This document shows positions 63,785-64,000 of a DNA stretch of 64,000 bases, piece after piece. Under the pieces are notes generated by a model. It ran no database searches. It was not told the origin of the DNA and saw nothing but the letters and a program-made list of their open reading frames with translations. Each line of letters starts with the position of its first letter. Within the stretch, counting starts at the first letter, position 1. A program made the translations under genes and the position numbers. Origin of the DNA: Dehalococcoidia bacterium (GTDB lineage Bacteria > Chloroflexota > Dehalococcoidia > Lucifugimonadales > UBA3495); contig CBDBDS010000002.1 in the NCBI GenBank assembly GCA_965203985.1, positions 612,809 to 676,808 of the forward strand, given 5' to 3'.

Positions 63785-64000
63785 TTGCTGAAAGACTTCG
63801 CCATTGCCATGGCCATCGCGGCCGTCGGGCTGGCGCTAGCCCGGCTGATTTGGCAGCCACCGGTGCTTGGTTACCTCATCGCCGGGGTGATCATCGGGCC
63901 ATATACCCTGCCGCACCCGGTTATCAGCAACCTGGACACCATCGAGTTGCTGGCCGAACTGGGACTGATCCTGCTGCTGTTCGGCATCGGCCTGGAGTTG
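63785..64000 (+). CDS. Cation:proton antiporter (CPA2/Kef-type), 5' partial, runs off the right edge
   Basis: My own translation: '...LLKDFAIAMAIAAVGLALARLIWQPPVLGYLIAGVIIGPYTLP....LDTIELLAELGLILLLFGIGLEL', the characteristic first two TM helices of Na+/H+-exchanger-family proteins. The start is uncertain (TTG at 63785 or ATG at 63809). The frame is open from 63653. Confidence 0.6.
   Translation, partial: MLKDFAIAMAIAAVGLALARLIWQPPVLGYLIAGVIIGPYTLPHPVISNLDTIELLAELGLILLLFGIGLEL

Overview
GC-rich bacterial chromosomal window. I recognised no rRNA, tRNA or CRISPR array. The gene style suggests a metabolically versatile monoderm lineage such as Chloroflexota, but this is inference only. It rests on lipoproteins with long Ala/Pro/Ser/Thr tethers after a lipobox Cys, three Uma2 endonucleases, thiolase+DUF35, SDRs, MFS, a GMC oxidoreductase, a hydantoinase, family-5 ABC binding proteins, and dense short interspersed repeats of the GTCATTGCGAGCG type. 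Layout: (i) 1-12.0 kb is a decaying accessory island. It holds two relics of one DDE transposase family, an internally deleted IS5-family element, a response-regulator fragment, an HTH-HNH-HAD fusion gene and a ribosomal bL12 (L7/L12) paralogue. It also holds a sharply delimited promoter-to-terminator unit with two tandem paralogous small proteins plus a TM2 protein. (ii) 12-35 kb holds catabolic and transport genes interspersed with toxin-antitoxin-like modules (fused MNT-HEPN, DUF4258-like/DUF2283) and Uma2 genes. (iii) 35.8-46.2 kb holds two tandemly duplicated peptide/nickel-type ABC modules (binding protein + two permeases, no ATPase). (iv) 46.4-64 kb is mostly housekeeping (Leu/Val-type dehydrogenase, copA + YHS, secA, rplY, cysS, ispF, ispD) with small inserted cassettes (DUF3800; a DUF4365 pair). 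The most interesting signal is that three genes each carry a single in-frame TGA exactly where their families have a conserved redox cysteine: DUF3179 CPLC becomes U-P-L-C, TlpA-like thioredoxin WCPHC becomes W-U-P-H-C, and OsmC-like C-P becomes U-P. Each TGA is followed 11-14 nt later by a short GC hairpin with GU in the loop, so these are candidate selenocysteine recoding sites. The first two are adjacent lipoprotein genes appended to the end of the second ABC operon.
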